A DNA stretch of 64,000 nt from Ignavibacteria bacterium (lineage in GTDB: Bacteria; Bacteroidota; Ignavibacteria; UBA10030). Shown here one piece after another: positions 1-9,378 of the stretch; position 1 is the first letter of the stretch, and each line of letters starts with the position of its first letter. The DNA lies in NCBI GenBank assembly GCA_016873805.1, contig VGVZ01000005.1:59593-123592 (forward strand). The letters run 5' to 3'. Position numbers and translations under genes: made by a program. The notes under the pieces were generated by a model. The model worked only from the letters and a program-made list of their open reading frames with translations. It was not told the origin of the DNA and did not search any database.

Positions 1-10
1 CGCGCGAGCG

Positions 11-568
11 ATGATCGGTTTCGCCAACACACGGGGAGGAACGATCCTGTTCGGTATCGACGATGACAAACGAGTGGTCGGCGTTGAGAGTGAGAAGTCA
101 GAGCTCGAATTGATCACGGTCGCCGGAACATACCATATCGAGCCCCCGATCGAACCATTCGTCGAAATCATTCCTTACAAAGGTAAGGACGTCATTGCCG
201 TTACGATCGAGGAAAGCAAGGACAAGCCGCATTCACTTATTGTGGACGAAGAGGATCACTATGATAGTTCGTCCCGCGTGTTCATCCGGGTACACGACAA
301 AACGATGGCGGCAAGCAGGGAGGTGGAAAAGATACTCCGCTCGGAACAGCCCGACGCCCCGCCGCTCCGCATCGAGATAGGGGCGGAAGAGCGGCGCTTG
401 TTTGACTACCTTGAACAGAATGAACGAGTCACGGTAAAGGAATTCGCGAAGCTGGTGAATGTCTCTCAGCGAAGAGCCTCGCGGATGCTGATCAAACTTG
501 TCCGGGCCGGCGTGCTTCGCATACACACGCACGACAAGGAAGACTACTTCACGGTCACGTTTGAGTAG
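11..568 (+). CDS. Schlafen/AlbA_2-like domain protein with C-terminal winged HTH (5' partial)
   Basis: GFANTRGGTILFGIDD motif; C-terminal VTVKEFAKLVNVSQRRASRMLIKLV HTH; frame appears open to the window edge. Confidence 0.75.
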   Translation: MIGFANTRGGTILFGIDDDKRVVGVESEKSELELITVAGTYHIEPPIEPFVEIIPYKGKDVIAVTIEESKDKPHSLIVDEEDHYDSSSRVFIRVHDKTMAASREVEKILRSEQPDAPPLRIEIGAEERRLFDYLEQNERVTVKEFAKLVNVSQRRASRMLIKLVRAGVLRIHTHDKEDYFTVTFE

Positions 569-1109
569 ATCGGGAATGACGTCGCCAGATTTTCGAAAGC
601 TCAAAGATTGCGATCCCATACGCGACCGCGACGTTAAGGGAATGCTTCGTCCCGTACATCGGAATCTGAATCCCGAAATCGCACGACGTGATGAGTTCGG
701 CGGAAACGCCGGTGATTTCGTTGCCGAGGATGAGGCAGAGCGGAAAGTGTTCGGGGCGAACACTGTCATAGGGAATGCTTTGATCCGTGAGTTCAAGACA
801 ACAGATGCGGAATCCGTTTTTTCGGAGTTGATCCACGGCATCAGCGGGACTTCTTCGGTATTCCCACGGGACAGTTTTCGTTGCCCCCAATGCGGTTTTT
901 TCGATTTCTTTCCGGGGGGGTGAGGGAGTGAAGCCCGTCAGTATCAGTTTCTCGAGAAGGGCTGCGTCCGACGTGCGAAAGATCGAGCCTACGTTGTAGA
1001 GACTTCGCACATTTTCGAGGCAGGCGACGACGGGCAGACGTTCGATCGCAGAAATCTCCTCCTTTCTCAGCCGTTGCCGACCGATTTCTTCGTGTGAGAG
1101 TTTTCTCAT
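555..1109 (-). CDS. SpoU/TrmH family RNA methyltransferase
   Basis: LENVRSLYNVGSIFRT, LGNEITGV, IPMYGTKHSLNVAVA SPOUT motifs. Confidence 0.9.
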   Translation of the reverse strand: MRKLSHEEIGRQRLRKEEISAIERLPVVACLENVRSLYNVGSIFRTSDAALLEKLILTGFTPSPPRKEIEKTALGATKTVPWEYRRSPADAVDQLRKNGFRICCLELTDQSIPYDSVRPEHFPLCLILGNEITGVSAELITSCDFGIQIPMYGTKHSLNVAVAYGIAIFELSKIWRRHSRSTQT

Positions 1110-1190
1110 TTAGCCAGTCGTGAAGTGTCCCGATCCGCGGAAATGGCCAAGGGACTGTAGCACTACACCATGGTGCGTGGGGGAAAATGG

Positions 1191-1219
1191 TTGCTCACGG
1201 AGTCAAAATTCCTTATATT
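1191..1219 (+). promoter_or_regulatory. Putative housekeeping promoter for cmk-ispH-rpsA
   Basis: TTGCTC-N17-TATATT. Confidence 0.6.
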
Positions 1220-1241
1220 AATAAGTATTTTTCGTGAGAAA

Positions 1242-1940
1242 TTGAAGAGAATCAGCATTGCGATAGATGGGCCCGCGGCCTCCGGCAAAAGTACAACTGC
1301 GAAGCAGGTCGCCGCAGAATTGGGGTACGTCCACATCGATACGGGGGCGATGTACCGCGCCATTACGTTGAAGGTCATCAACAGGGGGATCCCCGTTGAC
1401 GATGCAGAGCAAGTCTGCAGACTTGCTGAAGAGACACACGTGCGACTCGCCCGAGACGACGGTTCTCTTACCGTATACCTCGATGATCGCGATGTGACTC
1501 GGGAGATTCGAAGCAAAAAGGTCACCCAGCACGTAAGCACGGTCAGCAGTTATCCCGGTGTCCGAACCGTGATGGTGCGTGAACAACGCACGATGGCTGA
1601 AGGGGGCGGTGTGGTGCTTGAGGGGCGAGATATCGGGACGGTCGTTCTCCCCGATGCTCAACTCAAGATCTTCTTGGTGGCCAACATCGCTGAACGAGCC
1701 CGTCGGCGAAGATCAGAGCTGGAGGCATCCGGCATCGCCACCGATGAAGGCACTCTGATCAGCGAACTGGTCGAGAGGGATCGGAAGGACGAATCGCGCG
1801 AGAACAGCCCGCTTCGCCGTGCGCCTGACGCAATCGAGCTTGACACAACGAATCTCTCGGTGACCGAACAAGTTGACTTCATCGTGAAGAGGGCCCGGAG
1901 CATCATCGAAGGGAAGGTTGGACATGAACGTCACGGTTGA
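1242..1940 (+). CDS. cmk: Cytidylate kinase
   Basis: IAIDGPAASGKST P-loop, IDTGAMYRA, EGRDIGTVV; TTG start chosen downstream of the promoter. Confidence 0.95.
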   Translation: MKRISIAIDGPAASGKSTTAKQVAAELGYVHIDTGAMYRAITLKVINRGIPVDDAEQVCRLAEETHVRLARDDGSLTVYLDDRDVTREIRSKKVTQHVSTVSSYPGVRTVMVREQRTMAEGGGVVLEGRDIGTVVLPDAQLKIFLVANIAERARRRRSELEASGIATDEGTLISELVERDRKDESRENSPLRRAPDAIELDTTNLSVTEQVDFIVKRARSIIEGKVGHERHG

Positions 1941-2808
1941 CAGACACTCTGGTTTCTGCTGGGGAGTTGTCAGGACAATCGAAATTGCCGAACAGGAGCT
2001 GGCTGAGAAGGGGGAACTGTACTCGCTCGGCGATATCATCCACAATCCCAAAGAGATCGAGCGGATGGAAAAATTGGGACTGCGGACGATCAGCGCTTCG
2101 GATCTGCCTGTGCTTCAAGGTAAGCGGGTGTTGATTCGAGCACACGGCGAGCCGCCCGAGACGTATCGAAAGGCGGAATCCCTCGGCATCACATTAGTGG
2201 ACGCCACGTGTCCCGTGGTGACGAAAGTCCAGGAGCGGATCCGGAAGTTCTATCTCGAAGGATACCAGGTCATCATCTTCGGGAAGAAAGAGCACGCAGA
2301 GGTCATCGGCCTCGTCGGACAGACCAATAATGAAGCGACAGTGATTAGCCGTGTGGCTGAAGTGCAAACGCTCGCGCTGAGAAGCCGTGTTGTTCTCTTT
2401 TCTCAGACGACGATGGACAAGCCGACGTTTTACCAAATCAAAGAAGGGCTCGAACAACGGGTCGAGGAACTGGTCGTCGGCACGATCGAGGATGAAGCAA
2501 TCGAGTTTCACGCGAAAGATACGATTTGTGGACAGGTCTCAGGGCGCGAAACGAAGTTGCGTGTATTCGCCCGGAGCAATGACGCAGTGATATTTGTTGC
2601 AGGTAAGAAAAGCTCAAACGGAAAAGTGCTCTTCGAAATTGCGAGAGACGCCAACGAACGTACCTATTTCATCGAAGATCCCGGAGATTTGAAGCCGGAG
2701 TGGTTCGAGCATGTCGAACGTGTCGGTGTCACCGGTGCCACCTCGACGCCGCAATGGCTGATGGAATTGGTGAAGGAGCGTATCGAACAGCAGTACGATT
2801 CGAGGTAG
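1924..2808 (+). CDS. ispH: 4-hydroxy-3-methylbut-2-enyl diphosphate reductase
   Basis: GFCWGV, IRAHG, DATCPVV, DTICGQ, SSNG, GATSTP motifs. Confidence 0.95.
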   Translation: MNVTVDRHSGFCWGVVRTIEIAEQELAEKGELYSLGDIIHNPKEIERMEKLGLRTISASDLPVLQGKRVLIRAHGEPPETYRKAESLGITLVDATCPVVTKVQERIRKFYLEGYQVIIFGKKEHAEVIGLVGQTNNEATVISRVAEVQTLALRSRVVLFSQTTMDKPTFYQIKEGLEQRVEELVVGTIEDEAIEFHAKDTICGQVSGRETKLRVFARSNDAVIFVAGKKSSNGKVLFEIARDANERTYFIEDPGDLKPEWFEHVERVGVTGATSTPQWLMELVKERIEQQYDSR

Positions 2809-2959
2809 CCGAAGAATGAGGAACAACCGTCATTACTAATTACATATCAATCACCACTAACAGCAGTCCGTTGTTCGATATTCTGTTGTGCGACGATGAC
2901 GGGCACGATCATCATATCGAATGACAACTCCCCCATGCAACGGGGGATCAGGAGGTTTA

Positions 2960-4705
2960 ATGGTAGAAGCAAATATTGCTCCGGAGCGTAATCACCAAAC
3001 GGAGTATTCACCGGCTGAAGTCGAGCGGATGACGAAGCTCTATGAGAGCACGCTGAGTTCGATTTCCGAGAACGAAATTGTCAAGGGACGAATCGTCCAT
3101 ATCGGAGAGTCCTTCGTGACGGTTGATATCGGATTCAAGTCCGAGGGGATTATTTCCGCCGATGAGTTCCCTGATCTCAAAGAGATCAAGATCGGCGATC
3201 AGATCGAGGTCTTCTTGGAATCGGTCGAAAACCGGGACGGTCAACTGGTACTGTCGCGCAAGCGGGCAGACTTCATGCGGATCTGGGAGAGAGTCGTACG
3301 GGCCTTCGATACCGGAGAGGTTCTCAAGGGACGATGCGTCCGACGTACGAAGGGAGGCATCGTCGTCGACCTGCTCGGGATCGATGCATTTCTTCCAGGA
3401 TCGCAGATCGATATCCGACCTGTTCGCGATTTCGACGCCTTCATCGGTCGTGAGCTGGATTTCAAGGTTGTGAAAGTAAACCATCCGTCCGAAAATGTCG
3501 TTGTCAGTCACAAAGTGCTCGTTGAGCAAGAACTGGCCGGCCAGAGGAAAGCGATCCTCGACAGCCTGGAAAAAGGGCAAATCCTCGAAGGACATGTCAA
3601 GGCCATCACCGATTTCGGCGTCTTTGTCGATCTCGGCGGCGTCGACGGATTGGTGCACATAACCGACCTTTCGTGGGGCCGGGTCAGTCACCCTTCGGAA
3701 ATCGTGAAGCTCGATCAAACGATCAACATCGTCGTTCTCGATTTCGATCAGGAGAAGAAGAGAATCTCACTCGGCTTGAAGCAGTTGCTCCCTCACCCTT
3801 GGGAAAACATCGAGTTCAAGTATCCGGTGGGAACGAAAATCCAGGGCAAAGTCGTCTCGCTCACGGACTACGGAGCATTCGTCGAGATCGAGAAGGGAAT
3901 CGAAGGCCTCATCCATATTTCTGAGATGAGCTGGACACAGCACATCAAACACCCGTCGCAGGTTGTCTCGATGGGTCAGATTATCGATGCAGTGATTCTC
4001 TCGCTGGACAAGGATGGAAAGAAGATCTCGCTGGGCATGAAACAGCTCGAGCCAGATCCGTGGAGATCACTCCTGGCGAAATATCCGGTCGGCTCGAAGC
4101 ACGAAGGTGTCGTTCGTAACTTGACGAACTTCGGCGTCTTCGTGGAGCTTGAAGAAGGTGTGGATGGACTTGTTCACATCTCCGATCTCTCCTGGATGAA
4201 GAAGATCCGACATCCGGGTGAAGTGGTGAAAAAGGGAGACAAGATCGAAGTCGTCATCCTCGGGATTGACGTCGACCAGCGGCGAATTTCCCTCGGCCAC
4301 AAACAGATCCAGGACAATCCGTGGGACAACTTCGAAACCTCCTACAAGGCCGGAACGGAGGTCGAAGGGAAGATTGTCCGCATCATCGAGAAGGGAGTCA
4401 TCGTTGAACTCCCCCTCGGTGTCGATGGATTTGTACCGTTGTCGCAGCTCTCGCAAACCCCTGTCAAGAATATCAATGATTCGTTCCATATCGGGGATAC
4501 GCTTCCCCTGCAGGTCATTGAGTTCGATAAGGACAGCAAGAAGATCGTCCTCTCGGTCATTGAGTTCTTGCGCGGGAAGGAGCAGAAGCTGGTTGACGAA
4601 TATGTCGCGTCTCACCGGCTATCCCCGATGACCATGAAGGATGTGGTCACAGCATCGTTCCAGACGAGCGACTCTCCGACGGAGAAGAACGGGTCTTCGG
4701 AATAG
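2960..4705 (+). CDS. rpsA: 30S ribosomal protein S1
   Basis: Repeated S1 domains (TDFGVFVDLGGVDGLVHITDLSW); GGAGG SD before ATG 2960. Confidence 0.96.
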   Translation: MVEANIAPERNHQTEYSPAEVERMTKLYESTLSSISENEIVKGRIVHIGESFVTVDIGFKSEGIISADEFPDLKEIKIGDQIEVFLESVENRDGQLVLSRKRADFMRIWERVVRAFDTGEVLKGRCVRRTKGGIVVDLLGIDAFLPGSQIDIRPVRDFDAFIGRELDFKVVKVNHPSENVVVSHKVLVEQELAGQRKAILDSLEKGQILEGHVKAITDFGVFVDLGGVDGLVHITDLSWGRVSHPSEIVKLDQTINIVVLDFDQEKKRISLGLKQLLPHPWENIEFKYPVGTKIQGKVVSLTDYGAFVEIEKGIEGLIHISEMSWTQHIKHPSQVVSMGQIIDAVILSLDKDGKKISLGMKQLEPDPWRSLLAKYPVGSKHEGVVRNLTNFGVFVELEEGVDGLVHISDLSWMKKIRHPGEVVKKGDKIEVVILGIDVDQRRISLGHKQIQDNPWDNFETSYKAGTEVEGKIVRIIEKGVIVELPLGVDGFVPLSQLSQTPVKNINDSFHIGDTLPLQVIEFDKDSKKIVLSVIEFLRGKEQKLVDEYVASHRLSPMTMKDVVTASFQTSDSPTEKNGSSE

Positions 4706-4724
4706 TGCTTCGCACTGTGGACAG

Positions 4725-4760
4725 AAAGAGTTGCCTGGCATCTGACGGGCAACTCTTTTT
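4725..4760 (+). terminator. Intrinsic terminator after rpsA
   Basis: AAAGAGTTGCC / GGCAACTCTTT stem followed by T tract. Confidence 0.75.
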
Positions 4761-4765
4761 CATAT

Positions 4766-6112
4766 ATGAAACGTGTCTTTTTTCACACACTCGGGTGTAA
4801 GCTCAACGCCACCGAGACGGCCACGATCGAGCGGCAGTTTGTTGATCGGGGTTTTTCGGTTGTCGATGGTTTGAGTTCATTCGACGTCTTCGTGTTGAAC
4901 ACCTGCAGCGTAACGGAACGCTCGGATCGTGAATGTCGTCAGCTCATTCGCCGGGCGCTTCGCGCCGCGCCGGAAGCGTTTGTGATTGTTGGCGGATGTT
5001 ATGCGCAGCTTCAACCGGCGGCGATTGCAGCAATCGGTGGAGTAGATCTCGTTCTGGGTTCGACAGAGAAATTCCGCATCTTCGAGTACGTCGATTCATT
5101 CAAAAAGAGAAGTACACCGCTCACCTATGTTTCGGAAATCGGAGAACGACAAGATGTGGATCGTTCCACGTCAATCGGTCTCCCAGATCGGACACGCTCC
5201 TTCCTGAAAATCCAAGATGGATGCGACTACTCGTGTTCATTCTGCACGATTCCGCTGGCAAGGGGAGAAAGTCGCAGCATCCCGTTGGCCGCGATTCTGG
5301 AAGATGCCAGGACAATTGTCGAGGCGGGGTACAAGGAAATCGTTCTGACCGGTGTCAACGTGGGCGACTTCGGTTCGAAAATGGATCTCGCGCTCCTCGA
5401 TGTCCTGAGATTGCTCGTGCAAGTGGAAGGAATCGAACGGATACGGATAAGCTCCGTTGAACCGAATCTTCTCTCGGATTGGCTTCTCGATTACTGGTTT
5501 GCAGAGTCGAAGATCTGCAAACACTTCCATCTTCCACTCCAATCGGGCTCCGATCGCATGCTGAGTCGGATGCGACGTCGCTACCGGCGAGAGCTGTACG
5601 AAGATCGCGTCCGTACGATCACCAACCACCTGCCTCTTGCAGGAATCGGAGCGGATGTGATTGTCGGGTTCCCGGGGGAGACGGAGGAGTTGTTTTCGGA
5701 GACGTACGATTTTCTGCGGGACCTTCCGGTTTCGTATCTCCACGTCTTTCCGTATTCGGAGCGCCCGGATACGGAGGCCGCAAGGATGGCTGGATCTGTT
5801 GATCGGGGTGTCCGAGCACGCCGGAGCGAGCGTTTGCGTCTATTGAGTGTGCGAAAGCGGCGAATGTTCCATGAACAGGCGGTCGGGCATCAGCTGGCCG
5901 TACTGTTCGAACGACAAAGTCCGGATGGAAGATTGGAGGGATTGTCGGGAGAATACATTCGTGTGCGGGCACACGGACCGGAATCATTCGTAAACCAGAT
6001 TTGCATAACAGAAATCGTGAGGGCGAAAAATGAAACTTGTGACGGGCTGCTTCAGCAAGGAGCGCTGACGGAAGTTGTCGGAATACCGGAAGAAAGGACG
6101 AAAGATGCGTAG
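4766..6112 (+). CDS. mtaB: tRNA t6A37 methylthiotransferase (radical SAM)
   Basis: TLGCKLN, NTCSVT, KIQDGCDYSCSFC (CxxxCxxC), HFHLPLQSG, HVFPYSERP. Confidence 0.9.
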   Translation: MKRVFFHTLGCKLNATETATIERQFVDRGFSVVDGLSSFDVFVLNTCSVTERSDRECRQLIRRALRAAPEAFVIVGGCYAQLQPAAIAAIGGVDLVLGSTEKFRIFEYVDSFKKRSTPLTYVSEIGERQDVDRSTSIGLPDRTRSFLKIQDGCDYSCSFCTIPLARGESRSIPLAAILEDARTIVEAGYKEIVLTGVNVGDFGSKMDLALLDVLRLLVQVEGIERIRISSVEPNLLSDWLLDYWFAESKICKHFHLPLQSGSDRMLSRMRRRYRRELYEDRVRTITNHLPLAGIGADVIVGFPGETEELFSETYDFLRDLPVSYLHVFPYSERPDTEAARMAGSVDRGVRARRSERLRLLSVRKRRMFHEQAVGHQLAVLFERQSPDGRLEGLSGEYIRVRAHGPESFVNQICITEIVRAKNETCDGLLQQGALTEVVGIPEERTKDA

Positions 6113-6809
6113 TCGATCGGCTCTTGGTGTATTGTTCGTCGCCCTTTGTTTGATGTTGCACACTTCGCTGGCCAGACAGTGGGACAATGAAGCCATGAAA
6201 GTGACTGCCCAGGAAGGCATAGAGGAAACGGGGGGGAAATCGGTGCTGATGGCTGTTGCCCTTTCGCTGGTGTTACCCGGAATGGGAGAGCTCTATGCGG
6301 GGAAATTTGAATCAGGCAAGTATCATCTCTATGCCGAGGGTGGAATATGGCTCGGGTATGCGGGAATGAAATCGTACAGCGATTGGATCCGAACCGACGC
6401 ACGGACATTCGCTGTCGAGCATGCGTCGGCACAGTTTGGCGGGAAGAATGCGCAGTTCGAAGTCGACCTCGGTGACTTCAATTCGACGAGGGAGTACAAT
6501 GAAGAAATGCTGAAACGCCGGAATGTGCGCGCGCTCTACGAACATCCATCCTATACATGGGAATGGGATAGCGATCTCAATCGCCAGCGATTTCGCGACC
6601 TGCGGATCAAGAGCGACAGATTATCCGAGCACGCGACGTTTCTGATCGGGGCTGCAGTCTTGAACCGCGTGATCTCCGCCTTCTCGGCAGGACGCGCGGC
6701 TGCCAGACAAAATAGTACCGCGCAGCAATCGTGGGATGTTCGCTCGGGAATTGTGCCGCACCGGATCGCCGGACAATCGCTTGTCGTCCGGTTCTCAACT
6801 GTGTTCTAA
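6105..6809 (+). CDS. Hypothetical exported/membrane protein
   Basis: Signal-peptide-like N-terminus; KSxxxAxxLSLVLPGMGELYAG motif; overlaps mtaB stop. Confidence 0.65.
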   Translation: MRSRSALGVLFVALCLMLHTSLARQWDNEAMKVTAQEGIEETGGKSVLMAVALSLVLPGMGELYAGKFESGKYHLYAEGGIWLGYAGMKSYSDWIRTDARTFAVEHASAQFGGKNAQFEVDLGDFNSTREYNEEMLKRRNVRALYEHPSYTWEWDSDLNRQRFRDLRIKSDRLSEHATFLIGAAVLNRVISAFSAGRAAARQNSTAQQSWDVRSGIVPHRIAGQSLVVRFSTVF

Positions 6810-6864
6810 TTCCTTCGTAGAGGTATTCTGAATCCCGCCGCGGGCGCTACGGGTTTTTCACATT

Positions 6865-7605
6865 ATGCGAAATCTGAAACTTGTCATCGAATACGACGGA
6901 ACAGACTTCGTGGGATGGCAATCTCAGTCGAATGGTCCGAGTATCCAGGAAGAGATTGAGAAGGCATTCCGGAGTCTGACCCAGGAAGATGCTCGTCTTG
7001 TCGGAGCGGGACGCACCGACGCCGGTGTTCATGCGCGCGGACAGGTGGCGAACATTCGGCTGGCGACGAAACTGGAATCGTCGGAATTGTTGCGTGGTCT
7101 CAATGCTTTGCTGCCGGAATCGATTGTTGTTCATGCGGTGAAGGATGTCTCGGCCGATTTCCATGCCAGATATAGTGCCGTGTCCCGTTCGTATCGCTAT
7201 CTGATTCATCGTTCGAAGACGGCAATCGATCGGCACATGGGGTGGTATGTCGGTTGTTCTCTCGACGTGGATGCGATGCAGCGCTGTGCGGCGATCATCA
7301 TGGGTGATCATGATTTTCGGGCGTTTTGTCGAAGCATTCCGGATGCCGATCACTATCAGTGTCGCGTGATCTCGTCCTCTTGGACTCCTGTTGAGAATCG
7401 CCTATATTATGATGTTACCGCGAATCGCTTTCTCCATGGGATGGTTCGAGCGCTCGTTGGGACTATGGTCGATGTGGGACGGGGGTTTCGACAAACGGAT
7501 GAGTTCAAAACCATCTTGGAATCACGGGACCGCTCGATGGCAGGGATGTCGGCTCCTGCCAAGGGTCTTTGTTTGGAGAGGATAGAATATGATGGCGAAC
7601 GCTAG
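6865..7605 (+). CDS. truA: tRNA pseudouridine(38-40) synthase
   Basis: EYDGTDFVGWQ, GAGRTDAGVHARGQ, FHARY, NRFLHGMVR. Confidence 0.95.
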   Translation: MRNLKLVIEYDGTDFVGWQSQSNGPSIQEEIEKAFRSLTQEDARLVGAGRTDAGVHARGQVANIRLATKLESSELLRGLNALLPESIVVHAVKDVSADFHARYSAVSRSYRYLIHRSKTAIDRHMGWYVGCSLDVDAMQRCAAIIMGDHDFRAFCRSIPDADHYQCRVISSSWTPVENRLYYDVTANRFLHGMVRALVGTMVDVGRGFRQTDEFKTILESRDRSMAGMSAPAKGLCLERIEYDGER

Positions 7606-8416
7606 AATCTGGATCAAGAAACGAAAACTGTTGGGTGTCCTGACGCTGGGAGTGCTGATTGGATGTGTGGGGGCGCTTGGCATCAATCTGTTTCCGGAGG
7701 GCAAAGATATTGAGCTTGGACTGCAGGTAGACAGCGAAATCCGGAAGGACGCAACACAATATCCCATTCTGAAGAACAGACCCGACGTGAAGAGCTATGT
7801 GGAGGAGATAGGTCGAAAGATTCTGGCCTCCCCTGAGGTGAAGAAGCGGGGGGTGTATGCCTACGAGTTTGAAATCATCCACGACGACACCACGATCAAC
7901 GCGTTCTGCACGCCGGGCGGCTATATATACGTTTACACAGGGCTGATGAAGTTCGTTGAGAACGAAGCCACGCTCGCGGGGGTACTTAGTCACGAGATCG
8001 CGCATGCAGAACGACGTCATGCGACCCGACGGATGACCAGCGCTCTTGGTGTGCAGGTTCTGTTGGCGATTGCTTTGGGGGAGAAGCCCTCTCAGCTAGT
8101 GCAGCTCTCCGGTAATCTCTTTGCCGGTCTCGGACTGTTGATGAACAGCCGATCCGATGAAACGGAATCGGATACCTATGCCCTCCGTTATCTGCAATCT
8201 ACCGAGTACTATCCTGGTGGCATCAGGTTTTTTTTCGAAAAGGTGGGACAGGGGCGGCGAGGGGGCTCCTTCGAACGGCTTCTCTCGACACACCCGCTCC
8301 CTCAAGACCGGATCGAGCATGTGGAGAAGCTGTTGCAGCAGATGAATGCTCCCGCACCGACGGAGGAAAATCTCTTCGCGGTTCGATATACGGAATTCAA
8401 GCGTTCGTTGCCGTAG
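7589..8416 (+). CDS. M48 family zinc metallopeptidase, probably exported/lipoprotein
   Basis: INAFCTPGG, HEIAH, SRSDETESD, LSTHP; LIGC lipobox-like. Confidence 0.9.
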   Translation: MMANARIWIKKRKLLGVLTLGVLIGCVGALGINLFPEGKDIELGLQVDSEIRKDATQYPILKNRPDVKSYVEEIGRKILASPEVKKRGVYAYEFEIIHDDTTINAFCTPGGYIYVYTGLMKFVENEATLAGVLSHEIAHAERRHATRRMTSALGVQVLLAIALGEKPSQLVQLSGNLFAGLGLLMNSRSDETESDTYALRYLQSTEYYPGGIRFFFEKVGQGRRGGSFERLLSTHPLPQDRIEHVEKLLQQMNAPAPTEENLFAVRYTEFKRSLP

Positions 8417-8502
8417 CCGGAGGGAGACCGCGGGATAGGGACGTGGAGGCGGAGGGTGACGTGGTTGGAGCCGTCGAACATCAACAACGATAGAAAACCA
8501 GA

Positions 8503-9348
8503 TTGAAACCACTGGGACAACTTGTTAGAAGATTGTTAGTTAGAAGCGGACTTCTCAAGGCAAGTCTCTCTGAAGAAGACCTGAAAGAAGTGATCGACGC
8601 GGGGGGTAGAAGCGGTGCGCTTGACGAGACCGAACATCAACTCATTACGAGTATTTTCGAGTTTTCGGATACAACAGCCAAGGAAATAATGGTCCCAAGG
8701 CCCGATATCGTGGCCCTCGAAGTCGGGATGGCCCGTGATGAACTCCTCAGCCAGGTGATTGAAGAGGGGTATTCGAGGATGCCGCTCTACAGCGGGAGCA
8801 TCGACAATATCATTGGGATCATCTACAGCAAAGATCTCCTGAGTCTTATGGAGCATGAAGATCTCATCATCTTGCAGGACATTGTTCGACCGGCCTACTT
8901 TGTGCCGGAGTCGAAGAGGATTAGCGAGCTCTTGCGCGAATTTCAGTCGAAGAAGATCCACGTGGCCATTGTGGTGGATGAATTCGGCGGCACGGAGGGG
9001 ATCGTGACGATGGAGGATATCATCGAGGAGATCGTCGGCGAAATCCATGACGAGTACGATGAAGTGAAGAAGTCCATCGAACAAGCGGGCGACGGCATTG
9101 CCATCGTCGACGGCAATATGAGTATTCACGATTTCAACGAACAATTCGGGGGATCGATTCCGGATACAGGAGACTACGAAACGCTGGCCGGTTTTCTTCA
9201 GAAGCTAATCGGCCGCTTTCCTGAAGTGAACGAGGAGATTCCGTACGAAGGATTCACCTTCGCCATTCTCAGCAAATCTGCGCGGAGAATTCGTCAAATC
9301 AAGGTTGTTCCCCCTCCCCGGTTGGCGAAAGACGCCGAGGAGGAATAA
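8503..9348 (+). CDS. CBS-pair/CorC_HlyC domain protein (CorC/TlyC family, no DUF21 TM region)
   Basis: EIMVPR, GYSRMP, VVDEFGGTEGIVTMEDIIEEIVGEIHDEYD, YETLAG. Confidence 0.88.
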   Translation: MKPLGQLVRRLLVRSGLLKASLSEEDLKEVIDAGGRSGALDETEHQLITSIFEFSDTTAKEIMVPRPDIVALEVGMARDELLSQVIEEGYSRMPLYSGSIDNIIGIIYSKDLLSLMEHEDLIILQDIVRPAYFVPESKRISELLREFQSKKIHVAIVVDEFGGTEGIVTMEDIIEEIVGEIHDEYDEVKKSIEQAGDGIAIVDGNMSIHDFNEQFGGSIPDTGDYETLAGFLQKLIGRFPEVNEEIPYEGFTFAILSKSARRIRQIKVVPPPRLAKDAEEE

Positions 9349-9378
9349 CACGTATGCGTCATCGGGAGTCGAGATATT

